This document shows positions 1 through 11,766 of a DNA stretch of 64,000 bases, piece after piece. Both the position numbers and the translations under genes were made by a program. The notes below the pieces were generated by a model. That model was not told where the DNA came from, ran no database searches, and saw only the letters and a list, made by a program, of their open reading frames with translations. This stretch comes from Balanoglossus misakiensis (taxonomy: Eukaryota; Animalia; Hemichordata): assembly GCA_040954595.2 (NCBI GenBank), contig CM082590.2:11062088-11126087 (forward strand), in the 5' to 3' direction. Positions within the stretch are counted from its first letter, which is position 1, and each line of letters begins with the position of its first letter.

Positions 1-1447
1 TTTCCTTTGTGTGGACCACAAGATGGACCTTCAGCTGCCCTTTGGTCTTGAATGCCTTGCCACATTCCTGGCACGAGAATGGTCTTTCACCCGAATGAGT
101 CTTCTGATGCGTCTTCAAGGTGCCCGGATTGTCATAAGTTTTACCACACACAGTGCATAGAAAGGGTCTCTTTTCTAATTCCTTTTTCAAATCACTGACC
201 AGAGAGCCATTCAGCATGCAATCGTCACACATCTGTGGTCTGTCAGGAAGATCACCTTCAACCGAGAGAATTTCCTCGCCCTGATCACGCCTCACGAACA
301 TTTTCCCACAACCAAGGCACACACACTGCCTTCCTTCGGACTGACTGCATCCCTGCTCCATACCTGTCTCCCCCTGCACAATAATGGAGTCTCCCCATGT
401 GTCTCCTCTCCCGCGCACGTCAATCATCTGTTGAAGTTTACGGTGACCCCGGCTGCTGATGTCACCGTCCAATGAAATGCAACCAAACTCTGCAAATCTT
501 CTTATGATTGTTACCACTTCTGTTGACAGAAAACAAACACCAGCATTAATTGCTATGTATCCACATTCTAAATCTAATACCAGGATCACACTCACACAGG
601 GTAAAATTCAAAACGTTTCAGAGACACTATTTGCCTATGGTAAACACATGTCACCGTGCATCGACACACGTATAATTTATGTATAGGCGCTGAGGCCATA
701 ACACTAACCATCAGAAGAAATCTTGCCATCTTGAAATCTTTTATTGACTTTCTGTATGGCCATTTCCAAACCCTTGCAAAGCAGACTGAAGTTGTTCTTC
801 TGTCTCCCCTGTGCATATATCATCCGGCATTCTGAAACAAAACATACAGTTCAGATTTTCTGGTGAATAAACAAAGGACTGAAATGAATCGGCCCAAGTG
901 TTGTCAGGAAACAGGGAGCATTTTCTACAGAAAAGAAATGGAGCAACGGGGAATTTCTAGTTCCAGTCTTATATCATCTCAATATAAGACTTTACATTCA
1001 GTGGTTTCAGTAGATCAACTGTTGATTGGCACGTTTTTATTACTGATTTCAGCTTTTCGGTGACGGTGTCAATGTGTGTACACGTACACGCAAACTGATT
1101 TTCATGTTACATGTACATTCATTTCATGCAGATATGTACATCATCGTGACAGTGATCGCGTTGTGTCACTGCGATGATCAATACATTTATTATCTAGTCA
1201 CCCCCACAGTTCAAACGATCAAAGCTTACAGTTAAACTGACAATCTGCGCCATATCTCCTGAGGATATACTCATAAAGTCACGAGTTTAAAACGACCGTA
1301 TTGTATTGATATGAACATACGATGTACACATTGCTTACCCTCGGTTGTGGGTGTGAACCCGACGTTAGACTCGTCAAAGCCGTGTTTATTCTCCGATGCA
1401 GGGCGATCGCCGTCGCTGACACCTGCTGGAAGAGTATAAGAATCCAT
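1..1447 (-). CDS. C2H2 zinc-finger protein, 5' part (3 exons; runs off the left edge)
   Basis: Hand translation. Exon 1 ~1339-1447 (MDSYTLPAG...), exon 2 ~710-831 and exon 3 1-~519 join in phase 1 via GT-AG introns. Exon 3 encodes RPFLCTVCGKTYDNPGTLKTHQKTHSGERPFSCQECGKAFKTKGQLKVHLVVH, i.e. two C2H2 fingers with an SGERPF linker. Not present in the ORF track. Confidence 0.88.
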
Positions 1448-3296
1448 TCCGAGCAGATCTAGGGTACTGATTGATGTATTTAGAATTTAGGAGATGTTAA
1501 AATCACTAGATTCTCGGACGACGAAGATAATGGCTGCTGCCTCTGTGAAAATTGAACTTTGACCTTGTAGCCTTGCCTCATCACTTGACAGAGGGCGCAG
1601 TTCTTAGGCTTGTTATTTTGTCTCTTATAAAGTTACAGAATCGAACATCATTTTAGTTTATATGAACTTCCATTTTTTTAACGAGACAAAAATTGGCCAT
1701 CTTGATATTGTGTCGTCCATATGAGATTTTCATTACCCATCTAGGTGGCAAAAACCCTTTTCAGGTAGCGAGAAATGCACGTCACTATTCAGAACATTCA
1801 AGCCTGCCACCTTCTAGATGTAAAGTGGTACTTTAAGAAGACTTCATGCAGATCTAATGAACGAGTTTACGCTTGATCATGTTCCGTGTGTATATGCGTT
1901 TGATTTCAAGATACGTCAAAAGTAGTCCGCGTGGGTTTAGATAAGACCGAATCACCTTATTTGGTTTTAAAAGCCGAACCCTTGTGGAAAAGTTGAGAAA
2001 GTTTTCGAGTGCAAGAGAGAAAAAAATGAACTAGGGGAGAATAAAAAAAATACTTTCTGGAGTTTTGGAAAGTGTTCAAATAGCGACTGTATCAAGCGAA
2101 AAAGCAGAACGGAACACATGACATGAAAAGAAAGAAACTAAAAACAAACAAAAGAAACATGATAACACATTTAACACCTTTAAGTCAGACGATGTACACG
2201 ACGTGAATAAATTTGATATTCGTAAAGTCCTATTCGGGCTGGCCCATAAGTATTGTTTTATAAACACAAGGGGGCATCACCGTACTGTACACATATTATA
2301 GCGCACCCACAGTCAATTCTTGACGCATGTGACGTAGTATATACGCATGTATGCCATGATTAATGGAGAAGCGAAAACGTGACATTTAATGAAGTGATCT
2401 CATCACAACACGATTTTATGCGAGTGTTAATTGATTGAGGAGGTGATAATAAGCAAGAGAGGGCACTCAGGCAGAGGTGATGTCCTTGCACCTTCACGGC
2501 TAAGAGATTTTACACGGTTGACGGCCTTATTAAATCCCCAGGAGTTGCAACTTTTGGGATAATTTCATTTTAAAAAATACGTTTCTTTCAATTAGTGAAG
2601 GTAGTTGATTTTCAAGAAGTCTCTGTAAAATGTCAATGAGAAACGACGTCTGAATAACATCATTTAATAGCTTAATAAGGAGAGAAGGAGGGAGTGTTGA
2701 AATGCTTGAAATCTTTCTAAAGTATGTGAACGTCTATAAATGTAGGCCATGTTCGTTCGAAAATTGACTCTTGCTGATGCTTCTTTAGGGAAGACAATCC
2801 GTTCGAGACTTCTGTGACAATATCATTGACGTCTTGGTGAAAATCATCTTGAACATTTGTGGAAACACGGGCCCTTTGTGGGCACACTGGTAAGTGAATA
2901 GCACCAAAATATTCCTGAATGTGTTTTCGCGTCTTTTTCATTCTTCATTACTGTTGATTGGAAAGACTTTTAACACTTCATGGACAATATTTCGTCGGCG
3001 TCTAGTGGTTTCCGATTCTACGCTCTTCTCAAAGATCATCGTGCTGTTAATGATGAAAGGGATCCGCTTGTTTCGTGTAAAATGAGCCTGGAATTGAAAG
3101 TGCATTTAATTGACCTGTCTATAGAGGCCGGTTTAGTAAGTCGCTAAGGAGAGTTGGTAATTCCAAGTGCGTCTTTCTGTCACCCTAGGAAAATAACTTG
3201 TCACGTGTCAGATTAACTGTCTGACGATAGGTATGAATTTTGGAGTGCATTACTTACCATGGTTTTATTTGGAAACTTGCAGAACAAAACTTAAAG

Positions 3297-5805
3297 ATGT
3301 TGGCTACAAAGCTTTGGTTTTTGCTGGCTACTTTCATGGCAGAAGCTGGACTTTCAAGAACGACAGAATGCTTCGATATGTACCCGAGCAACCCGCATTG
3401 GGATTCCTGCGCAAACACTTCGCAGGGAACCGTTTGTGGTCACGTGCTCCGATCATATGAGGCGGAAGACGGCAACGTAGAAGAGTGGCAATGTAACTGC
3501 GACGCCGACTGTGTCATTTTTGGAGACTGTTGCCATGACTACGCAGAGACCTGTCCTGAAGGGTCCGATGGTCACTCTACTGTTGGTCTTCTCCATCGTT
3601 ACCTAGATATCGACCAAACCGAAGTACGACGTGTCTGTTCGGAAATAAACCCCAACAATCATTTTGGTGTTTGGATGATCCGCGAATGTCCAGCGATGTG
3701 GCAAGATGACGTCACTCGCGAGAAATGCGAAAACCACACAGGGCTCGGTAAGAGAAATATATTATAGTTGTTCGTCTCAGAGAAGTGGTTTTGACCAAGA
3801 AATCAGCGATTTATGAGTTATCACGGACCCCATTATCTTAAAGCTTTATAACGCCATAACTGTTCGCCATGTTTTCAGATTTTATGTTTAGTGTATCTAC
3901 TGCAGTTTCTTGTTCCAAACTGTCCAGTGTGAACCCGGTTATATATTTTAAAAATCTAATGAAAATTTCAACTGCTTTTCTTCAATTACAGGCTTCTCCT
4001 TAGAGAAAATTCCTGTTTCTTTGTCTCCGGGATACGATGTCTTTGCGAACATCTTCTGCGCCAAGTGCTGGGGCATCAACCAATCACAAGTGGTTATGTG
4101 GAGCGTGAACTTGATACATTTTCGGCATTTACTTGGAGATGACCTACCAACCAATAAGAGCAGTAAACCTTTAGAGATGTATCTGAACTTCACCCAGGTA
4201 AATCCTTTAGTCAGAATGGTCAAGCCAAATAACACTGACGTCAGAACATGTATTATGGGCGTCATTGATTCGTGTGACTCTAACTTATACAACAATACAA
4301 CTCATTTTGAGAATGCGCAAGAAATGTGCAAATATCAATTTTCGGTAGTGTCAGTTCGTTTAGGAAAAGCAGATAACGCCATTTTTAAAAATAGAGATTG
4401 TGCCTTATGCAATGGTCAACCTCCTCCTTTGATAAATTGTGGCGCATTATCGCCCTATGGTGGAAAAATACTTTTTGATTTAAGCATTCTTTTTGATATT
4501 ACCACAGCTGGAGACGTGAGGGTATCGTTGGAAGGGAATGGGGTTCCTATTGAGTCTCATCGGCATGATTTTCACTGTTTAGAAAATCAAATTTTCGATC
4601 CAACCTCGCAGAAATGTGTCCTCTTTGAGGAAACTGTAGCACAGCCTCTTAATAATGACAAGGCACTTCTGCCAGCTGTCCTACTCGACCAAGCTGAGCA
4701 TAACCAAACTTTTGACCCTGTTTCTCAGAACGTAGACAGTTTTCCTCCCCAGAATTCAACCAAAGATATTCGCTTAGCCCGGTTACGCCACAGATGCCCG
4801 CCCTCTGCCGGCATATTTTTTGTCAACTTCACTGATTTTCGTATCCATGGTAACACGCTGGAATTTGAGATCAATGGAATCACTTTGAAAACCCTCATAT
4901 TTGAGACTTTTTCTAACGGAACTTTTGCCTATGTCTGTCAGCCGATATTTTCATCTACTAAAGTTTACATTATTTGGTTGACTATATCCGGTTCAATTTT
5001 ATCCATAATTTCTTTGGTTTCTTATTTGGTTGTCTACTGTAAGCGTCCATCCATGCAAAATTTCTCCGGTAAATTAATGGTGAATTGGACGATTTCAACC
5101 CTAAATGCGCAGGTCACGTTTTTGTCAAGTATGGGTCTGAATGAGCTGTCTGGTTTCTGTTTCCCGATTGCTGTTTTGTTACACTACTCTTGGTTGGCCA
5201 ATTTCTTCTGGATGGCCGTCATCAGCTTCGATATTTGCCGATCATTTCGCTCGATACAGAAAACATTATTTGTGAGCAAAACCACCACACGGCTTGTGGG
5301 CTATTGTCTGGTTGGATGGATCACGCCCGTTGTTATCGTGGCCGTTTCAGTTTTCCTTGATCTGTCAAACTTGTCAGATTTCGGCGCTGCTTATGGGGCG
5401 GATGGAATATGTTGGATCAGAAACCGTCTTGGTCTCTTTGTGTTTTTTATTGGCCCAGTATTTACCATCGTTGTGTTTAATGCCATATGTTTTGCTATAT
5501 CTGCGTTTCACATTAAATGTCGAAAAACAAACCTCGGCGGGATTAAACGGAACACGTTTGGATGGAAACAACATTTTGTAGTCTGCAGCAAGATATTTAC
5601 TGTGGCTGGTTTAACTTGGGGACTTGCCCTGGCTGAGGTCTTTTTGGAAAATGAGATTCTGACTGTTGTGTTCAATATTGTCAATTCTTTACAAGGGGCG
5701 CTGGTATTTTTAGGATTTGTTGTGGAGACGTCTGTTAGAAAGTGGTTGGCTGAGAAGAAACAACAGTTGAATTCGGATAGAAATACTCCGCGTACAATTG
5801 GATAA
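3297..5805 (+). CDS. Class-B (secretin/Methuselah-like) GPCR with N-terminal somatomedin-B domain; 2 coding exons (3297-3747, 3992-5805)
   Basis: Signal peptide MLATKLWFLLATFMAEAG; SMB motif CNCDADCVIFGDCCHDYAETC; Cys-rich ectodomain (FANIFCAKCWG, FKNRDCALCNG); 7TM with LLHYSWLANFFWM, GWITP, YG..GICWI and NSLQG motifs; in-phase GT-AG intron. Confidence 0.88.
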
Positions 5806-6629
5806 AAGCAGTTTTAAGTGTTTTAGGCGGAGTTGTCATATTTAGGCGAGACGGTTTCTTTATTATGCGCTGGTATCCTCATATTTTGCACTGTTCCATT
5901 GTTATGTTATGTCATGCATAGTGATGTACTCTAACTCGAACCAGGAAGTTTTCAACTAATTGTTTCCAATTGCACGCAGGGATCATTTTGAACACGTCGT
6001 TCTTCAATTGTTGGGTACAGGTACTGTTCAGTTTTAAAGCATCTATTCATATGTTGCACAGTATCAAAGTATTAAATTTCATTTGTTCAAATATAGATGT
6101 AGTGAAACTTATTGTTTTGTTTGTTTTGTTGTGATGTGTTGCATTGTGTATATACGTAGTGTTGTGTTGTGTTGGCTTTCGTTGTGTTTTGGTTTGTTTT
6201 ATTTTGTTTTGTTGCCTTGTCTTGTCTTTTCGTGCGCTCATGTGAAGAGTCGCCCAGATCTCGGGTGAAATCCTTTTAATGCCAAATAAATATTTATCGA
6301 TGTTAAATTGCGATTTTATTGATGTTAAATAGAGATAAATAACAATTTAGCAAAATATACACAAACACTTCAACCTATAATTATGTAACTGAACATAACA
6401 AATGGAAGGCGAAAAAACACTTTCAGTGTAAAATCTTAATACGTGATTGTTTGTTACAAATACTTTTGTAATCTAAAATATTTGATATTCACAATGTATT
6501 TGTGTATGTATATGATAAACAAAGATTACATTTAAACAAATGAAGAGTCAATACTTCTTTGAGATCTTGGTACTTTTTTCGTGCAATAAACTTTTATGTC
6601 ATTCAAGCAAATGTCTCTATTGGTTGTTT

Positions 6630-6630
<1 letters not shown>

Positions 6631-6679
<49 letters not shown>

Positions 6680-6698
6680 ATACAACAGCAGCAACAAC
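6631..6698. repeat. (ACA)n microsatellite
   Basis: Direct reading; lies between the convergent 3' ends of the GPCR and NOX5. Confidence 0.95.
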
Positions 6699-7218
6699 GA
6701 AACGTTATTGTAGAAAAATTCTCAAATATCAAAATTATTAATCAATTCTTCCAAATATCATGATATAAGTTGAAAAGATTATAGAACTTCATTGAAAATG
6801 TATAATAGAGCAAAAGACGTTTTGTTTAGTTAAGTATTACAAATATATAAAGTTATGTTGTTCTTTATTTGAAATAAAACATGATTCATTCTTCAAAAGA
6901 ATTGCTTATATTTCCACAAGCAGGAAAGTCATAAATTGACCTTTAAACTCAGAAAATGAGTTAGTTTGGGGGACCCACAAAATAGTTGGGAACCTCCTTT
7001 GCTTTGTTGGTATGTGCGAGGATACGTGACACGTGTTCGGTGTAAAAAAGAAATCGCACAAATATGTCTGTACAGTGCCCAGATGGCGTCGAAGAGACGT
7101 CACTTTGTTCTCATGACAGAAATGTCGCTCTCTCATCTTTGGCGTGGCTTACTCCGCAGGGTTGATGCCAAAGGCAGTTGGCGGAATTACTTTCAAAGTT
7201 TTCATTTCTGGCACGACT

Positions 7219-7903
7219 TTAAAAGTTCTCCTTTGAAAATTTAAACTTGAACTTTTCACAGTGCGCCTTGATGACTTTTCCCAGGGCGGGAGATCCACAG
7301 AAGAAGACTTTGACCTTGCCTCGTCCTTCTTCGGCAATTTTCGTGAAGAGCTGAAACACAAACGATTTGCAAACACATTTAGGACAAAGAGTCCACTACA
7401 AATTAAACAGACAACCAACAATCAGACAGTCGCACAGTCTTGTTTTGAAACCCAAAGCCAAGGTCTCTTCACACAAAAAACTCCTAGAGAAAATTATGTA
7501 AAATCTGTTAGATTTGGTACATTTCAGATTCACGATTACCTTGTCCCATTCAGGTCTACCCGGCTGCGTCCTTGTCTTCAACCCGGTGATCAGATCACGG
7601 TTCGATTTTTTATGAAGAAGGTCGAGCGCCATCTGGAGGCCAATTCCCTTCATGTCTGTCTTCCCAAGTGCTGCTGTCATAAACATATGAAGCTCAAGAA
7701 ATCTGTCGAAGGAGTCCTCTTCGGCTTGTTCCACTTCAAGGAGAGTTAACAAACTCACAAACCACTCGAAGCACTTTTGGTCTCGGTTGATCCAAATAAA
7801 GTCCACCTTGGAAAAAGAATAAAAGCAGGTCTTACATGTACATGTAGTTTATTTCCATTCGATTTCTCGGCATGGGGAAACGAGGAGAGGGAGGCTGAGA
7901 GGC

Positions 7904-7965
<62 letters not shown>

Positions 7966-10900
7966 AGAGAGAGAGAGAGACAGAGAGAGAAAGACGGAGG
8001 AGACATGCAGACAGTCCAAACACTTACCTTCCTTAGTCTCATGGAGGCGGACACATCCTCTCCCATCCAAGTATGGCTACACTTTGGACAAGTGTGTTTT
8101 AATTTCTTGTATCGATTCATGACGCTTTGCAAGATGGAGGCGAATGGAGTGACGCCAATGCCTGCTCCAATCAGAACAGCGTGTTCGGCTTGCATAATCT
8201 CCCTGGTCGGAGTGCCGTAGGGCCCGTCTATGTACACCTGGTAAAAGGTGAAAATAGTGTTCATGAATTACAAAAGAATTCATTTCCACACATGCAATAG
8301 CTACCCTTAAGGAGGATACTTCAGCATATGTTCAACAGATGAGAGTGTTGTACACTCCAAAGATTCGCATCAATATGCATTCCATCGTATAGGAAAACTA
8401 AAGTTTGAAAACGGAAAGTTTTAGCAAAATGATGACACTTACCCTTACATACTGCGCTAAACGGCTGGAAGTTTCTGTGGCGACAGCCGGCACTTCGTCC
8501 ATCAAGTGACAACTGACATGACTTACTTTCCTCCTCGTCTCCTTGTGGCCATTAACCAGTTTACTTTCCTCTGCATTTTTGTGAGTTTCCGACAAGGGAA
8601 CACTGATGGGTAAACTTGATGTCCGCCGAAAACCGATCATTTTCAGGTCATCATTGTGGGTTGGTAGGATCGGATAAGACGGTATCTTTGATATTATTTG
8701 CTTTTCGTGAACGGCCAGGTCGGTGATGGCGCTGTCCTTCAGCTCTGTCATAGCAACGCTGCCATTCGGTTGATCTTCGGTGTCGACTTCGATAGCGAGG
8801 TTGACTTCTCCCAGAGATGCATTGCGGCGGTGGCGGGTAAGTCGTTTCTCTTCTTCGAAATACTTGTAAAGTCTGTTCGTCCATTGTCCAGCGGAACGAA
8901 CGTGTATCCATAGTGTTCCTGAAATTCCAGAAATAGGCATTGAAATGGGCGCGGAACGAACGAACAAACAAACGTAAGAATGAATGGAGGAAGGAAGTAT
9001 AAAGCGGAGAGAAAGATGGATGGCTGTATGTACCTAATTGTTCAGGAGCACTACTTATGGTAAATGGATGCCACTCATTTTTTGCAATGGCGGGAATTTG
9101 GACGTAGATGTAATCACCAGCACGGAAGTGGAAATTTGTCGGTCTCGTTATCACCAAGTGGGTTACCTAGGCAGCAATAGAGAAATCACCAACATTAAAT
9201 ATCAATAATAGTAACACAACATCAGTAATACAATATTTCCGGATTGCCATTTGAGCCATCATGTTTAACGTCACACTCACTATTTCGGCTCGTTCAAATA
9301 GTCATTCATTGAAATGTAACAAACAGAACAAAATACGCCTCAAGAATTGTGTGTTCCATTTCTTGCTTACCCCTGATGGAAGTAGATTGACTTCCTGGAT
9401 GTATGTCTTGCCATATCTGGCCATTTTCACCAACTTGGACCGCGAAATCTTCTCAATCAAGAAGATGACGCCAGGTGCAACGAACCACTTCCAGAATCGT
9501 GGACCATGGACCAATAGGAATGCCCAAAACCAAACGTACAGAAGATGTGTCCAATAGAATACCTAGAGGAGATACGACCCTTTTTATCTCATGTGGTCAA
9601 CCAGAAAGAAAGGAGAGAGAAAGAGAGACTCAGAGAGAAAGGATCTGACCGAAGTGTACCAACCTGAAAGTGGCCACTCCTTCTGACAAACGGCATGGAG
9701 CAAACGATCATAACAAGAAGAATAAGATCCAGAATCCAACCGGTGATGTAAGCTGTCCCATAATGCCACGTCACAGTCCCCACCATTGCCTTTGTTGTGA
9801 ATAGACATTCCCAGATCTCAAGTCCAAGAGCGGCATGGTTGGCAACTGTGAACAAAGATATTTTGAATTACAACTCAACTCAACTCAACGCAACACACCA
9901 CAACACAACACAACACAACACAACACAACACAGCACAATCCAATACAAATGACAAAAGATTGGACAATTTGAGTGCATGTAACTTACTTATGTTGGCTAC
10001 ATGTGCCACAGTATGAACAAGCGTGAAGAACCCGATGACGAAGCCCACCATCTTGTGGAAAGTAATGTTCTGGTCCAAAGGGAGGTAGTTGGATGCTTTG
10101 GTCGCCCGAACAAAAGTAAGACACTGCCTCAGCATAAGGCACAGTACGAACGCTGAGTTGAAATTGAGACACTGACCACATGCCCTGGCTTTGAGAGAAC
10201 ATAGGAATATCTTGAAATGTATACCATGGTCCATCAATTTTGTCGTCACCAGTCTTACTGCCTCTAATCTGACAAACACAACTCATACGCTGAATATTAA
10301 AACAGCCCTGTACATGACATCAAGTGGTGTATCTGACTAATATTGCGTATATGACGATGTAATAACTCATATATAGTTGTCTGATATACACCATCTAACT
10401 CAGCATTGACCAATAACTGAAACATTTGATTAATATGCTCTCACAGAACTTGATAATAAATCTAGGAGACAACAAAGACTTACCAATAATAATATACCAA
10501 TTCGAATCTCTGTACCTCCAGCCAGCTTCTATGGCCAGGGCGACATTGACAAGGAAATACAGGACGAGAAATATCACTTTCTTTAGATTATTTTGTATGT
10601 ACCGCCATGTTAGATATCTCGGGATGAAACGACGGCCTTCTTTCTTTGCGTCAGGCGGCTTCAGCCAGCTTGCTGCACTGTGGACAGAAAACAACACTAG
10701 GTATTAGCTAAAAGAGCACATTCTCGCCAAAGCAGATCGAGACCAAATCATCATGTAACAAGACGAATCACAATTGGTGGCAGGTCACAGCTGAACATAT
10801 TGGTGCGGGTTTGGTCTTCTTCTTTCTATAAGCAGCGTCTTACCTGATTGTAAGATTTTCCATGACCTCGGGATTTTTCTCGAGTTCTGTCCGAAGCTCT

Positions 10901-11650
10901 TCAAAACTGATGGAGCCGCTGAGGTCTGTGTCTGCGGCCTCAAACAGAGCTGACGTCAGCATTTCTAGGTTCTCCTCGCTGATCTGTAGTGCGCTCTCTT
11001 CCATGCAAGACTTTAAAACAGTGTAAAGTTCTTCCTTGTCTATCTGACCACTACCTGTGAAAGTCAGGTTGAGTAAAACGAATTAAGGCCAGGGCCTATC
11101 TCTCTCTCTCTCTCGCTCTGTCTCTCGTATCTTCTCTCTCTCATCTCTCTCTCTTGTTTGATTTATTCACAGTTCAAATGTGCATTGAAGAAACTATATC
11201 CACGAAAACAAGAATCAATGTATTGTCATGTGATTGACTTACCGTCTACGTCATAGACATCGAAGAGGAACCGGAGCTTGTCTGACGGCGACCCTTTCAA
11301 CAACAACCGGAGACCCTCCATCAGTTCTTCCAAGGTGATGTTCCCGCTTCCATCGGCGTCGAAGAGAGCAAAGAATCGCTCGGCGAAAAACGACTGTGAG
11401 AAAGTGTACATAATGTAAAATCGCATTGAATCAATGAAGTCATAGCAGAGACGGTGCTTTCAAGGTTGCTTTAATGTGGACCAACAACACGTGTATCTTC
11501 GAGGGCTTTCCAGGTAAATAAGACTCCTTTCCTTACCTTCTTGACTTTCAAAGCTTTCTTGAATTCCTGCAAGTCTATTTGGCGATCGTCGCCAGCAATG
11601 TCGGCAAACTGTTTCTCCACCCATACCAGCCACCTTGTGTCCTCGTCCAT
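7219..11650 (-). CDS. NOX5: NADPH oxidase 5 (EF-hand, Ca2+-activated), ~12 core coding exons
   Basis: Exon translations follow NOX5 throughout: MDEDTRWLVWVEKQF, SFFAERFFALFDADGSGNITLEEL (EF hands), ACGQCLNFN, PLDQNITFHKMVG...HTVAH (haem His), EWHPFTISSAP (FAD), IDGPYGTP, IGAGIGVTPFAS (NADPH), VFFCGSPALGK...KENF* with the stop at 7219-7221. Confidence 0.96.
7905..7991. repeat. (AG)n microsatellite in a NOX5 intron
   Basis: Direct reading; accounts for the spurious ER/LS-repeat ORFs. Confidence 0.95.
9872..9935. repeat. (CAACT/CAACA)n pentamer microsatellite in a NOX5 intron
   Basis: Direct reading. Confidence 0.85.
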
Positions 11651-11766
11651 ACTGTTGGTACAAGCAAACAATAGAGCTTCACTTTCGAACAATCGACAAT
11701 AATGTAATTATATAAATAGGTTCTATACATCGATACATCACCCCATCCAACATTGCTGTAATTCAC

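Noticed and set aside
2717-3087. Possible minus-strand exon or ORF
   Set aside because: No recognisable motif and no joinable neighbouring exons.
7261-7300. Frameshift in the last NOX5 exon
   Set aside because: Re-reading gives intact TGT GGA TCT CCC GCC CTG (CGSPAL...KENF*); the track ORF is simply another frame.
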